Below, in pieces: positions 51,001 through 64,000 of a stretch of 64,000 nucleotides of DNA; position 1 is the first letter of the stretch, and every line of letters begins with the position of its first letter. A program made the translations under genes and the position numbers. Location: assembly GCF_037042905.1 (NCBI RefSeq), contig NC_087255.1:19902001-19966000 (forward strand). The letters are read 5' to 3'. Under the pieces are notes generated by a model that saw only the letters and a program-made list of their open reading frames with translations, was not told the DNA's origin and did not search any database. The stretch comes from Lytechinus pictus. Lineage: Eukaryota.

Positions 51001-54000
51001 TTTGCCATATCTCGACAAGCTCACTTGCTCAGTGGCAGAGGGTGTATATGTGAATACACCTTTGTGCCGTGAATCGGAAGCACAACACAGATATGGTAAA
51101 AAGGTGTTTGTTGCATATACACCTTTTGCCTTATTTTGCTTAGCTCTCTAGCTCAATTTTGCATGTTATGTTGGCAATAAGAGGTACATGTAGTATGTGC
51201 AGACTAGCCATAAGCTGTAAGGCGATTTCAGATAGACCAATATATTGTAAAGAGATGGATGTTGTATACCCGTATATGCCCCTTTTGCCCCCATTCTGTG
51301 GCGGAGCTTGCTTGCTCAATCATTATGTTGGCAGAAAGGTGTATCTGGCAGATATACCATTTTACTGACAACTGTAGAGAACTCATGAGACTATCTGTAA
51401 GATGCACCCTTTTACCATTGCATGATGGGTGGAAATTGAAAAAATGGCTGTATATACATGTAGCTCATGCTATCTTAAAAAATGAATTTTCTGCAAACAT
51501 TTAGAGTTGGATCAATGAAAAGAGCAACTTTGAACCCCCCCCCCACATGTCAAAACCTGAAAAAGTCAAAATTTTGAGATACATCCTTTTAGCATGTGAT
51601 GGCCAATCGCCTCTGAGGCCGCCTTTTCCCTATTGCAGACATCAAGTCACTGCAAATAACACTTGTTGTATTTTTATTTTTCTCACTTAATACACAGCTA
51701 ACATCATACTCGAGAGCAGCGGCAGTGGAGGGCTTCCTAAGCCCCGCCCACATTCCTTGATCTACTGCTGGGGGAATGGTATCCCATCACCCCTCAGGCT
51801 GCCTCTGCCCCATGCAGACACCAAGGTACTACAGGTCTCTATCGGGAGATCGCAGAAGACTGGTGTGACCCACAATGGCAGGCTCATTATCTGGGAGGTA
51901 ATATCTCATTTCAACTCATCACAAGTGTACAGAACGCAGAAATTGCTTCAGTAGGAGTGGGTGTTTAATTTAGGAAAGTGATGGTCATTTTTTCATAGAG
52001 CCTCAAATAGTACCCTCTATTGTATTCCTGTATGTAACCTTCCAGAGGCCCTTTTGTTGATTTTTTTTTCTTTAATTCAGCTACTCCATTTTAGCTTTAA
52101 ACATAATATTGTTACCTTTATAGTTTTCTTATCATGTAGATCAAAATGCAGTGCTGGTCGATATTTGATTTCAATGTAAGTTGATTATAGCCAGCAAAAT
52201 ACTGCCGATAACATGATATATTGCCGAGTCTGAAAATTCATTATGTACGTTCATTATGAGCTGCTATTATTTGTGTGTTATCCTTCCCAGTCGCCATCAA
52301 AAGGTACAGACTCTTGAATCACCTGGTGCAGTTAACCAGGTGATGCGACATTTGCTTCGGTCTTAATATGTTAGAAGACAGAAGTTTTCAGTTTGGATTA
52401 TAATAGAGTTTTTCAGATTAATGTAAAGATGAGCATTAGGGTTTATTTAGTTTTGGAGGTTAGGTTTTATATTTGGTTTTAAAACGTGCAGAACTTCCAT
52501 CGGAGTAATTGTTGCCGGAGCAAATGTCATGGAACCAGTTGACAAAATGGTACCGTTGTACCTAACAAGGTACCATTGTATTTTATTTTTAGTAGTTGAT
52601 GTTGGTTCTACATGTATGTATGTTAATCCTTCACAGTCACCATCAATTGGTACAGACTCTTGACCAATTTGTACCGTTGTACCTACCAAGGTACCATTGT
52701 GTTGATATTTTTAGTAGTTGATGTTGGTTCTATGTATGGTAATCCTTCACAGTCACCATCAATTGGTACAGACTCTTGACCAATTTGTACCGTTGTACCT
52801 ACCAAGGTACCATTGTGTTGATATTTTTAGTAGTTGATGTTGGTTCTATGTATGGTAATCCTTCACAGTCACCATCAATTGGTACAGACTCTTGATTACC
52901 CGGTGCAGTTGACCAAATTGTACCGTTGTACCTACCAAGGTACCATTGTGTTGATATTTTTAGTAGTTGATGTTGGTTCTATGTATGGTAATCCTTCACA
53001 GTCACCATCAATTGGTACAGACTCTGGATTACCCGGTGCAGTTGACCAAATGGTACCGATGTATGTACCAAGGTACCTTGAAGGCCAGTCTGCTGTCTCT
53101 ATTCAGAGGGTTTCATGTGGTGACCTGTTTGTTGCTTGCCTTACAGGTAATGATATACAAATAATGCACAGTTGATAGTGACATGAGCACTCTACAGAGT
53201 GGATTTGGCACGACATAAGTCAATTTCATCATTATTATTTTTATTATTATTAGTGGTGAAGCAGTATCCTCAAGGGTATTTTAAAAATGTGCTTTTGCAT
53301 AATATTGGGAATAGGTAGGTTCTTATACACATAATCTGCATTCATGGGAATCAGTTTTAATTGTCAATATCTATAGGCAGGTGGCTGCTATAGACAGGCT
53401 TTTATACACACAAGCTGCTTTCATGGGAAGGAGTTTTAGTGGTCACTATAGGCAAGTGACCTCTAAACACAGATTCTTATACACCCAATCTGCCTCCATG
53501 GGAAGCAGTTTTAAGTAGCTATAGGCAGGTGGCTGCTATACACAAATTCTTATACACACAATTTGCCTCGATGGGAAGCAGTTTTAGTGGTCACTATAGG
53601 CAGGTGCCTGCTGTAGAGAGGTTGCCACTAACACAAGTTTGACTGTAGCTGAAGTCATTTTGTTTTCAATGCTTCATTTGATCCACAGACAGGGGAATCT
53701 TGATGACATTTGGAAGTGGCGCCCATGGCTGCCTGGGTCATGGTAACTACCAGGATCTCTCCCAGGCTAAGATCGTCGAGGCGCTGCTGGGATATGAGGT
53801 GGCGCTGGTCTCTTGTGGAGCGTCACATGTCATGGCAGTGACCAATGAGCATGAAGTATTCTCATGGGGGCGGGGAGATAATGGTAAATAGAGATCACTA
53901 TCATAGCAGAGGAGTTATAGAAAGTGTAGTATAATAATTTGATGCCTTTAAAAACAAATTGAATTTATGAAGACGTTGTCATATGAAATGCAAAATCAGA

Positions 54001-57000
54001 CTAGTATTTTTTTCATCAAATAATGAATGAGAATAATAGTTCAATTCTTGGTAACCACATGACACCATAATGTTAAATAGCTTCCGAATCGAAGCTAAGG
54101 AAAAATAGCTAGTACATCCAGCTTGCCAAGGAAGTGATAGTTTGCCTCGTCACCTGAAATCAAGAGATGAATATATGCTTTATATTCCACATCTGGAACC
54201 ATTATAAACAAAGAAAGCGATATCCACACGTCTCTACAAGAAGGAAGTTTGATTTTTTAAAATCAAGGTTTCCATTGAACGAAAATCTATTGAGTCGATT
54301 ATGCTTGTTTAATATGCTAGTGCGTATGTAAACTGCAACAAAAGTTGACAAAAGTTCCATCATCGCAAGTGATGATTGATGTGGAAACTACCTTTTAACA
54401 TGTGATTCTTAGTATGTGCAATATAATGTTTTCTAAACTCATCTTGACAGGTCGTCTTGGACTTGACAGTCAGGAATCAGTGTCATCTCCTCAAGCAGTG
54501 TTACTACCCCCTCAACATCAGGCTAAATCCGTCTGCTGTGGGGTTGACTGCTCTATGATAATCACAAGTGAAGGCGCAGTCATCGCTTGCGGCAGCAATA
54601 GGTAAGATCACCATTAATTTCTGTCTCACCTGCGAAGCAGAGTGAGACTATAGGCGACGGCGGCGTCAACACCAAATCTTAACCGAAGGTTAAGTTTTTG
54701 AAATGTCATCATAACTTAGAAAATATATGGACCTAGTTCTTGAGTTTCACGTCACATGACCAAGGTCAAAGGTCATTTAGGGTCAATGAACTTTGGCCAA
54801 ATTGGGGGTATCTGTTGAATTACCATATCACAACTTTGAAAGTTTATGGATCTGTTTAGGAAACTTGGACATAATAGTAATCAATTATCACTAAACATCA
54901 TGTGCAAGTTTCAGGTCACATGATTAAAGGTCAAAGGTCATTTAGGGTTAATGAACTTTGGCCATGTTGGGGGTATTTGTTGAATTACCGTCATAACTTT
55001 GAAAGTTTATTGTTCTAGTTCATAAAACTTGGACATAAGAGTAATAAAGTATCACTGAACATCCTGTGCAAATTTCAGGTCACATGACCAACATCAAAGG
55101 TCAATGAACTTTGGCCATAATGGGGGTATCTGTTGAATTACCATCATAACTTCGAAAGTTTATGGATCTGGTTCAGGAAACTTGGACATAAGAGTCATCA
55201 AGTATCACTGAACATCTTGTGCGAGTTTCAGGTCACATGACGAAAGTCAAAGGTCATTTAAGGTCATTGAGCTTTGGCCATTTTAGAGGTTAATTATTAG
55301 ATTGCTGTCATTACTTTCAAAGTCTATAGATATAGTGTATAAAATGTGGATATAGGGGTAATCAAGTATCACTGACAAGTTTTAGGTCACATGATCAAGG
55401 TCAAATATCAATGAACGTAGTATTGTATCATTATAATATATGAATAGTGTTTTTTGTGAATAATTATTTTATAGTAGTTTTCAAAGTCAGCACTGCTGCT
55501 ATATTGAATCGCGTGATGCAGGTGAGACCGCCAGAGGCATTCCACTTGTATTGTATTTGTATTAATTATAGGGGAAGTGTACCCTGATAATAAGTTTATA
55601 GTAAAAATAGCAGGAAAAGGGTAGAAATATTCGTGAAGGGTTGAGGAAAAAAAATTGTTAAAAAAATAGCAGAGAAATAATTAAAAATAAACAAAAAATA
55701 AGTTATTAGAATTTTATTTTTGATGTCATATACGAGCGGCTGCCCCATATGTCATGTTATACAAAATGCATGAATGTATGGTTCATGATGACTAAAAATT
55801 GTTTTCTTACAGTAGCTGGTGTGAAATCATTTGTACTGAACTGAAGGTATAATGAAAACTATTTCCATATTTTGAGAAAAGACATTGTTCAATTTTCTTT
55901 GTTTATTGGAAATTCATAATAAAGGAAAGCTGCTTGCATATAACGTCACAATTTATAACTTTTTAATCTATGATGGATTTTCCTCAAACTATCACCAATG
56001 TTTTTTTTTTATTATTTTCTGCTACTTTTTCCATAAGATTTTTGTCAGGGTGAACTTCCCATTTAAGACAGCATGCAATGTGTAACATCATATTTTATAA
56101 AAACAGGTTCATGGATATTATGCCAAGGCACTGGAGGCGAGTGCCTCGTGCTACTCGCATATTGTAAATTCCGTAAAGTGTACTGCATTGCTACAACACA
56201 CATCATAAATGTGCGTTATTATTGTTGTGTTGTCATGGTTATTTGTCTTGCTTTGCTATCCCATATATCTTTTCACCCAGGGACGACTTTAAAAAAATAC
56301 ACAAATTGCTATTATAATTATTATACAAGAGCCCCCCCCCCCACCCCCTTGGGCAAAAGAATCACATTTTTATCCAGTCGCCCCACCTCACCCTGGATCT
56401 GCTATGTGTATAGATGTGTCTACAATACTGTGAATAGCTTGTCAGAAACTTTTCCAAATGGAAATTCCATGGGGGGGGGGGACAAAATAGTATTAAAAAA
56501 ACTTGTCAGGGATCCCCCCCCTCTCAGATGCCCTGATAGATACCATTGTCTCCTCTAAACTATTGGCTGTATTTGGATTCAGTTGTATAGGAGCGAAAGA
56601 CTACCGGTTGGGAGTGGCAATTAGGGTGAGGAGGCGGTGCCAGTATTGTATTATGTCAGTGCATTAATGTCTTCTATGAGAAAATTCACAAGTTTGGAAT
56701 TGGTTCAATTTTGATGAGTTGGCAATCCCCCCCCCCCCCCTAAAATGCTAACAAAATCAGAAATAATATATATTTGATGTTTTGGGGAAGTGGTAGGTGG
56801 AATTATCCCCCTATGCTGCCCAGCCCTTTACCCCCTTCCTCTCCCCTCTATCATTTTCCCCATATGTCTTGTACATAAACCTTTGCAGATTTGCTTACCC
56901 AATACTACCCTTCCCCATGTATGAAATTCAGCGTTTCATTACATGCTCTATTGAGTGTCCAGCCTCCCCTTTGTAGTGCCTTTGGTATTGATAAGATTTC

Positions 57001-59390
57001 ATGTCACAATTCATGTGCACATCAGCATTTATTACTCACACTGAACACTTTGTGAAACACCCCCCAGGTCAAACAAGTTAGGCTTGGATCAGAGTGACCA
57101 GCAGATTGAGGAGGTGTTTTCACTCACTGTTGTTACGACCCAACCTCTTCCACAACTCAACATTGCATCAGCTGCCATTGGTACATCTCATTCAGCTTTC
57201 ATTACTTGTAAGCATCAGGCATTCATTCATTTTTCATTAGAGACTCTGTCAAGTATATTTACAATTACCTTAGTATTTTCAACTTTTGAGACAGCACATT
57301 TATAACATGTACAGCTACAGTACATACCATAGTCACGTACTGTACCTTGTATTAAATATACATTCATATATGTATTCTTTTTTTTTTCTATGCCATAAAA
57401 ATGTATGGCTTATGTTTGTTGTTGCTGGAATATTAACTCTTTTTTTTTTTTTTCATTGATTTGTTTATGGGGGTTTTTCAGTGTGTGTTGTATATGAAAT
57501 AGGTGTTTCCCTTTTTACTTCAAATTCCATCAACTGTTTGTTGCAAATTTAAATAAATTGGGAATGACGTTGACCATGCCACAGTTGATATATTGAAGTG
57601 ATAGTCTTGGTTCCTGCTGTTCACGTACTATTATCTTGAACCTTACTGTATATAACAATTATATATAATGCTATAAACTACTCGCAGGATAGATTAATTG
57701 TTTTTAGATAATTAAGAGTTTGGTTTTTTTGGTCTGTTTGGGAAGCCAGTCATCATTCTATATTTGCCACATATTATAGAGAATACCTTCAGAATTTATT
57801 TATTGCCTTAGAAATGGTGGCAGGAGCTTTAGTCAGAATAATAATAATCAAAATTTTATGGAACTACGTCAAGGATATATCATGATATAGTTATGCCCTG
57901 CGTGAAAATGCTGTAGTATTACTTTTGGCCCTGTTACATAAACCTTGAACCTTGAAGAAGTACTCTCCCCAAAAGCGTACACGCTGTCCTGGAGAGGGTT
58001 GTGCTGTGTCAGGTGCAGTCAGTGCTTCAGTTGATGTGGTGATCCTGTGGTGGTATTCTTGGTGCACTATATACAGTGTGCTAGGTGCAGTGTGCGGGTG
58101 GTACATGTGTGTGTCTCTCTTACAGCACCTGAAGGGGAGGGGAGGCAACATTTTATTGTGGCACTGCGTTTTTACGATTGATCATACACAATAATCGATG
58201 CAATCAATCGTAAAGTCAACTCCCCGATCAATTGCTAATAGCTTGAATGCATGCTCTTAACTTTTTATTTTATTTTAGATGAAGGTGACTGTTATACATT
58301 GGGTTCTAATCAGTTCGGACAGCTCGGCTGCAGGACAGACCATACAACTCCCAGAATCCCATGCAAGCCAAGCTTTCCTGATGGTGTCATTCTCAGCCAG
58401 GTCGACTGTGGAGACATGTTCACAGTTGCCATAGCAACAGGTAGAAATCCATCTCGTTTCGCTAAGATCTTTGTATCTGAGCTATATATTGATATTTAGA
58501 TTAATGTCAATTAAGTTTTTCTCACTTTATTCATTTTGGCATGTTGTATCCCCTGCACAAATAAATTCACTTTCATTTTCTGAGAAAATGCAACTTTTAA
58601 AAATTTATATCACACAACATATGGAGGGGCTGCTTGTTTGTGATGTCACAAAATCAAAACTTTAAAAATTCATTAAACAACCACCAATATTTTTTCTCAA
58701 TTTGTTGTGCTTTCGTTGAAACCAACCTATGGTCAGGGTGGACTTTCCCTTTAAGATGGAGATACATTTTATTTTACATGGTCCCTAAATTATTATTTTT
58801 CCCCTTTTTTCAGATGACAAAGTCTATTCATGGGGTAAAGGAGCCAGAGGACGAATAGGGCGCCCTCTCCAGGACACAAGTGTACCACTCGAAGTCCATT
58901 TAGATGACGAGGATATTAATGTCTTATCTATTTCCTGCAGTCATAGCAACACGATTGTGGCATCAAAATGTAAGTAGGTACTAGTGCTGGTCTATATTTC
59001 AATATTTAGTTGATATTTGCCAGCAAAATATAGCCAAAAACATGATATATCGTCGAGTCTGAAAATCATTATGTTCATTATGAGCAGGGAAGGATTAAAT
59101 GAAAGGCTTTCATCGATAATTGTCCAAAGCAAGACTTTGGGTACCAACTTTATACAAATTTCTGTGTTGGATTACCGCAATAAAGAACAGCTTTTTGGTC
59201 GATAAGTGGCAATTAACTTTTTATAATCAACAATATTTTGGTCATATAGTGTTACAGCAGTATATCAACATAATCAACAAAACCATTATCAAATATTCAA
59301 TATTTTTTCAATATTGCATTGTCAGACATTGATTTATTAAGAACATTTTTTTTTCTCATCCTTATTACAGACAAGGAGAGTGATGTGTGA
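45040..59390 (+). CDS. NEK8: NIMA-related kinase 8 (kinase domain + RCC1 repeats, 696 aa, 15 coding exons)
   Basis: Exons 45040-45086, 46682-46887, 47682-47737, 48636-48862, 49729-49810, 50117-50328, 50646-50737, 51698-51897, 53002-53146, 53689-53883, 54451-54601, 57068-57207, 58279-58440, 58814-58969, 59371-59390; total 2091 nt in frame. Motifs [65 protein letters not shown] and RCC1 repeats match NEK8. Confidence 0.95.
45223..45891. mobile_element. MITE in NEK8 intron 1 with ~30-bp perfect TIRs
   Basis: AGTGGGTTTTCGCCCAGCGTCGTACGACG at left and its reverse complement at right, flanked by AAT on both sides. A 3-bp TSD suggests PIF/Harbinger-like (inference). Confidence 0.85.
47040..47620. 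repeat. (GAT)-rich low-complexity tract with 30-bp higher-order unit in NEK8 intron 2
   Basis: gatgacgatgatggtaatgaggatgatgtt repeated about 6 times. Confidence 0.9.
48273..48420 (+). mobile_element. tRNA-derived SINE in NEK8 intron 3
   Basis: A box TGGTGTAGCGG, B box GTTCAAATTCC, then gtcctttggcaagg...ctcttcacccaggtg core. Confidence 0.65.
48863..49728 (+). other. U12-type (minor spliceosome) GT-AG intron in NEK8
   Basis: 5' site GTATCCTTT. Branch-like TTCTTTAAC at 49703-49711, 17 nt from the exon. No polypyrimidine tract before the AG. Confidence 0.85.
52277..53075 (+). repeat. Tandem duplications of the NEK8 intron 8/exon 9 junction
   Basis: atccttcacAG|tcaccatcaattggtacagactct repeated with AG ending at 52636, 52752, 52868 and 53001, plus an older copy at 52290. 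Confidence 0.9.
53320..53647. mobile_element. MITE remnant with ~75-bp internal tandem repeats
   Basis: Repeated catgggaagcagttttagtggtcactataggcaggtgg; ends tttgactg-ta. Confidence 0.6.
54618..55549. mobile_element. Non-autonomous element with subterminal inverted repeats and ~140-bp internal tandem array (Helentron/HINE-like)
   Basis: gtctcacctgc near the 5' end (with a local gtgagac hairpin partner) and gcaggtgagac near the 3' end. About 5 units of ggtcacatgaccaaggtcaaaggtcatttagggtcaatgaactttggcc. Confidence 0.6.
55571..56065. mobile_element. MITE with GGGGAAGT-type TIRs and TTAA-like flanks
   Basis: ggggaagtgtaccctga / tcagggtgaacttcccatttaa. Related sequence lies at ~21460-21930, 58580-58753 and 63650-64000. 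Confidence 0.55.
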
Positions 59391-62300
59391 GATTGAACCA
59401 ACACATATTCCAGCATTGATACTCCTCCCAAGATGATTACTCTGCGACAGCTCCTCGTTTATTTTCTGAAGTATCCACCTTAAAGACTTTCTTGAAAAGT
59501 TGGTTTTAGCATAAGATTCATTTTTTTTATCCTATTGTTTGTTTAAATCAAATAATAAAGACATATGCAGTGATGCTTTGCATTTTGCATTTTATTAGAA
59601 GATGATTGTACATTGCAAAACATATACAACTGTTGATTGTAATCACTAATCAAAAAAGAAAACAAAATCTGCATCTGGGGTCAACGAACAAGAAAATATG
59701 GGCGTAATTGAAACACTAATGGAAAAAAAATATTCTGATGTTTTGGTCAAAGGACTTATTCAGTTATTGATTTTATGTCTGAAGTGCTGTTTCAGTAATT
59801 TATTATCAAGCATCTCCTTTTTAGCTATGTGAAATATTTGATGTAAGACAACCAGTACTACATGTTTATATGATTTTCCTTTGTTGCATTGATGTGATGA
59901 GTGTGGATTTCCCCCTTCCCCTAGGGGGGGGGGGGTAGTGTCTTAAGCTAATTATACTTTTTGTACATTAGGCAGTCATATACTTCACTACATGTAATAC
60001 AACCTTTCACATGAACAAGGAAATACCAAAACAAAATCTTTTCAAAAGGTCCTTCCTTTTAGAGGGTGGGATGTAGATACCATATTTTATTGCAATTTTG
60101 CAAAATGGTAGTAATATGAATCATATTTGCATTTTTTGTTTGTGGTGTGTAAGTATTTTGAAATTGCACAAAATATTCACATTGAAATTTTCCAAAATAT
60201 TCAATATCTCACTTGTAATGATATTACTTAGCTACATCATACATGATTCTGGATAAATATTGGTCTTTGGAATATTTTCTTCTTGTATTTGTGGTTTCAT
60301 TGTATGCTTGTTGTTTTGGGCACAAGGGAAGTCTAGATGCAAGAGTAATATATATCTTTTCCTCCTTTCTTTGATTAAAAAATGAATGTGAGTATGGTTT
60401 TATTGTGTTCAAACATTATACTTAGTACATTTTTTAAAGATGCGTATTCGTTCTTGTTAAAAAAATATGCTTGAAGTATTTATGATGAAATATGTCCTCA
60501 ATCATTTGGTTACCATGATGAAAATCATAGGAATGTTTCTTAATACTGTCTGTAAAGCTACCGAAAAGATTGTTTAACTTCATTCAAGATCAAAATATTA
60601 TTTTTTTATATTGCAGCTAATGCTCGAATCATAATTGCAAACCTTTAGGTCAGACAGGAATCACCTGAGATTTTGAAGCTAATCGGTCACTTAATTTCTG
60701 TGTTAATTGATGACTGCAGTCATTCACCAACTAAACACTGTAATCCAAGGAGGAACAGTAATCACTCCTTTACTTTAATTGCAAAGTATGAAATGATGCT
60801 CATGAAATAAGATTTTCAGGGTTTCCTCTTGAAAAATTATTGCTCGCAATAATAGCATGTACGGCCAAAGGCCCGCAGCTTAGATTTTTGTAAACCTCCA
60901 TAAAGTAACTCAATCCCTAAATTTCAAAGCAGCTACATTTCACAAGCCTATTTTCCATCCAGATAAATAAATTAAAACAAAGTATTATTTTGGTACCAGC
61001 TTGGCAACATTCATTCATATTTGTTGTCCAGTTGCCAAGACGATGCCAAAAATAAAGCGTCAGTGTACCTGTGTATTTATCAAACACCTTGATGTATTTT
61101 TATATAAATTGTGCAACTTTTTTAAAGACCCATACCAGACCCAAAATTGAAATTGACAAATTGTAAATCAATCTAAAGTTCATCAACTTGAACACACAGC
61201 AATGAAAGGCTTATGCATATTCACTGCTTCCCAGCTTAGTATTTTGCTTTGATAGCTCCAATTATCGGTTCAATTTTTATTCTGCTTTTCATCGGCCTTG
61301 GATCTGTGATGTCATTCTGTATTAAAGGCATTATGATTCCATAGATTTGTACACTGAAAACTAAGTGAGATTCATGCTTCTAGATTCTGCTTTTGATTTC
61401 GTCACTTTGATCATATAGAGATATTATTAGTATATTTTCATGTATGTTTTAATTGATGAAATCTATAGCTTTGGACTGTTAAGTCTGCTATATTTCATTT
61501 TCCACTTATTTGGGAAGCTTTCCAAGTCTATCTGCATTCAGATGATGTGTAACACCTCTTCCTGACATAGCAATTTAGGCAAAATAACAGGCAAACAAAG
61601 AAATTAAAAAAAAAATATTGTGAAGAGCTACAGGTCTCTATCCATTTATATATTGAAATATTTCAGCGCTACTTTCCTCTTCAAATTGATTATAAAAATT
61701 GATTTCATTACCTTGTACAAAACTAAGGAATCACAACCCTTATGTGATGTCACATCATTCAGGTCATTATGAAGATCATTAAAGCCTTTTGTCGAATCCT
61801 GGTAATTTGAGATTTTCTGAAGCAAAATATTCGGCCGTCAAACAGGGAATGTAATATGTACTTATTTGTAATTGTGTGCTTCCACTAATGACACCATCCA
61901 AATTGTAGAATTTGTCTTCCATCCCATCAAAACAAAGGTTTGCATTGTCAAAGGAAGTTCTTCTTGTAAATGTTCAGTATTTAAAGAATTTATATTTTAA
62001 TATGTTTATAATTATGCAAAGTGCAATGAATGAAATCCTTTACTACCATGTATAATATTATGTTGGACCAACTGATTTTTATTGTTAGATTTTGTTTATA
62101 AGTTTACCAATCAATGATATATTTTAGATTGCACTTCCTCAAGTTTTATGATATATACATGTATCTGATGATGAACTCAAATTTTGAAGATGAACATTTT
62201 TTACCAGACAAATTCAAGATTACAGGGTTTTTTTAAGTCACATTACCATTTTCAAATGAAAGGCTGACCACTCTCTGTACCTATGCAATGTTTTTATGTA

Positions 62301-63003
62301 ATTTATTGTACTATTAACCTTATCTATCCTTTTTGACCAAAAGATATATTTATAATAAATATACCATCTTTTACAAGAATTGTTTTATTATATTTTTTGT
62401 TTACAGTACCGGTAATTAGGAAATGTGAATATCATGAATAGGATTTTTTTTTTTTTTCCTGTATGTGTGATTTTGCCAAGGCCAAATCCCTTGGGACCAC
62501 AAAATCTGCTACACTCTGGCAAAATTTGACTTGCAGGATGTAAATACTAGTCTTTTTGCATTTTTGGCCCTGTCTTACAAAGATTTACGATTGATCCAAT
62601 CAACCACAACTATAATTAGCCAGCAACGTCAACATCTAAATGCACGTTTGTTCAAAATATTTTCTAGATGTGATGTATAATCATGCATTCATTGTTTTCT
62701 TGAAAGTTCAGTGTGCTTCTCTTTGTTTACCAAGGAAATCATGCAAATTTCCTGAAGCAAAAATTATGACATTGTTGGATTCCATATAGTTTAAGATGAT
62801 CAGATCAATTGTAACACTTTGTAAGACAAAACCCTGGTCTGAAAAATGCTTTGACTTAAGCAATTATCCTTCCTTCCTGCTTAATAATCTCGGTATTTGA
62901 TCGTTATTCAATGTTTTCGGGTTTCAAGCTCGATATTACAATTTCAATGAATCCAAAAATCGTTTATTTTTTGTGTAAAATCGGAACCGGCTAGACATCC
63001 GAT

Positions 63004-63375
63004 AGGCGTTTCATAGAGCCGTTTGAAAGTTTTCAGGGGTGTGAGTTGTCACAAATAAAAAGATCTGAAAAAAGCTGAAGAGTGTTGAAAAAGTCTGAAA
63101 TAGAAAGAGCTCCCATACTTTTTGTACAGAGGAAGGCCAAAAATAAGCTGAAATTAAGCTGAAAATCAAAACAAAAAAATCTGAAATCAGATAAAAATCT
63201 GAACTCTCACACCCCTGAAGTTATGAGCAACTTTACGAAGGACTGGTGATCCTTTCTTGTGGTAAATGACATTGACCACGTTTTCAGTGATATCAATTCA
63301 TTGCTCAAGAAACGATCACCAGTCGTTAGTACATAAAGTCGCTTGTAACCTACAAACAGCTTTATGAAGCGCCCA
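63004..63375. mobile_element. MITE containing a nested second MITE (63035-63217)
   Basis: Outer ends ggcgtttcata / tatgaagcgcc; inner ends caggggtgtgag / ctcacacccctg. Confidence 0.6.
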
Positions 63376-64000
63376 CCAGGATGGAATTCTCCAATTTAAG
63401 AAAGCCATCCACAGGATCACCCCCAACAATTGTTCTCAATGTATTCTTTCATTATTCCCTTGAATGTTGTTTTTTCTCCCCTCTCTATCTCTCCATCTCT
63501 TTCTTTTTTTCTATCTTTCTCTTTCCCTCTCCATTCCCCCCCCCCCCTCTCTCTCTCTCTCTCATTTTCATATCAAGCCTGTTCCAACCACTTCTAACAA
63601 AACAGTTAAAGGACAAGTCCACCCCAACAGAAAGTTTATTTGAATAAAAAAAGAAAAATCCAACGAACATGATACTGAAAATTTAATCAAAATCGGATGT
63701 AAAATAAGAAAGTTATGACATGTTAAAGTTTCGCTTAATTTCACAAAACAGTTATATCCTGGTCAGTATGCAAATAAGGAGACTGATGACATCATCCACT
63801 CACTATTTCTTTTGTATTTTATTATATGAAATATTCCTATTTTCTCCTCATTGTCAAGTGAAACAATAATTCCTCCCTTAACATATGGAATTAGCATTGT
63901 TTAATACTATATGGTTCAGTCAAGTTGGTCCGTATTGTCAAATTTGTAAAAAATGAAATAATGTATAATTCAAACAATAAAAAACTAAAGAAATAGTGAG

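Noticed and set aside
52834-53001. Longer NEK8 exon 9 as in the ORF track
   Set aside because: The upstream part is duplicated junction sequence; NEK8 homology and phase fit a start at 53002.

Overview
AT-rich animal genomic DNA with introns and many repeats. The repeat style and gene structures suggest an invertebrate deuterostome, probably a sea urchin; this is an inference. There are four loci. (1) A UDP-glycosyltransferase complex locus on + (about 6.5-27.2 kb). Seven tandem variable first-exon cassettes (V1, V2, V3 and V7 intact; V4 and V5 frameshifted; V6 a decapitated remnant) lie upstream of one shared set of three constant exons encoding the UDP-sugar-binding domain, TM helix and ER-retention tail. 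The intact cassettes encode signal peptide plus aglycone-binding domain, and all seven end at the same GT donor position (phase 0 in the intact ones). This is the variable/constant exon-sharing architecture known from vertebrate UGT1A. The cassettes show mosaicism and catalytic-dyad substitutions. (2) A tentative 3-exon orphan gene (30.2-32.5 kb, +). (3) An 8-exon type I membrane protein on - (34.3-40.7 kb) with signal peptide, CUB, C-type lectin-like domain, TM and a PY-motif tail. (4) A 15-exon NEK8 kinase/RCC1-repeat gene on + (45.0-59.4 kb) with a U12-type intron, stop-containing duplicated splice acceptors and a C-terminal ESDV micro-exon. The rest is MITEs, SINE/LINE fragments, a foldback-like element, a perfect 149-bp palindrome, microsatellites and a 133-nt assembly gap. 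All exon models were built by hand from splice sites and phase checks, without expression data.
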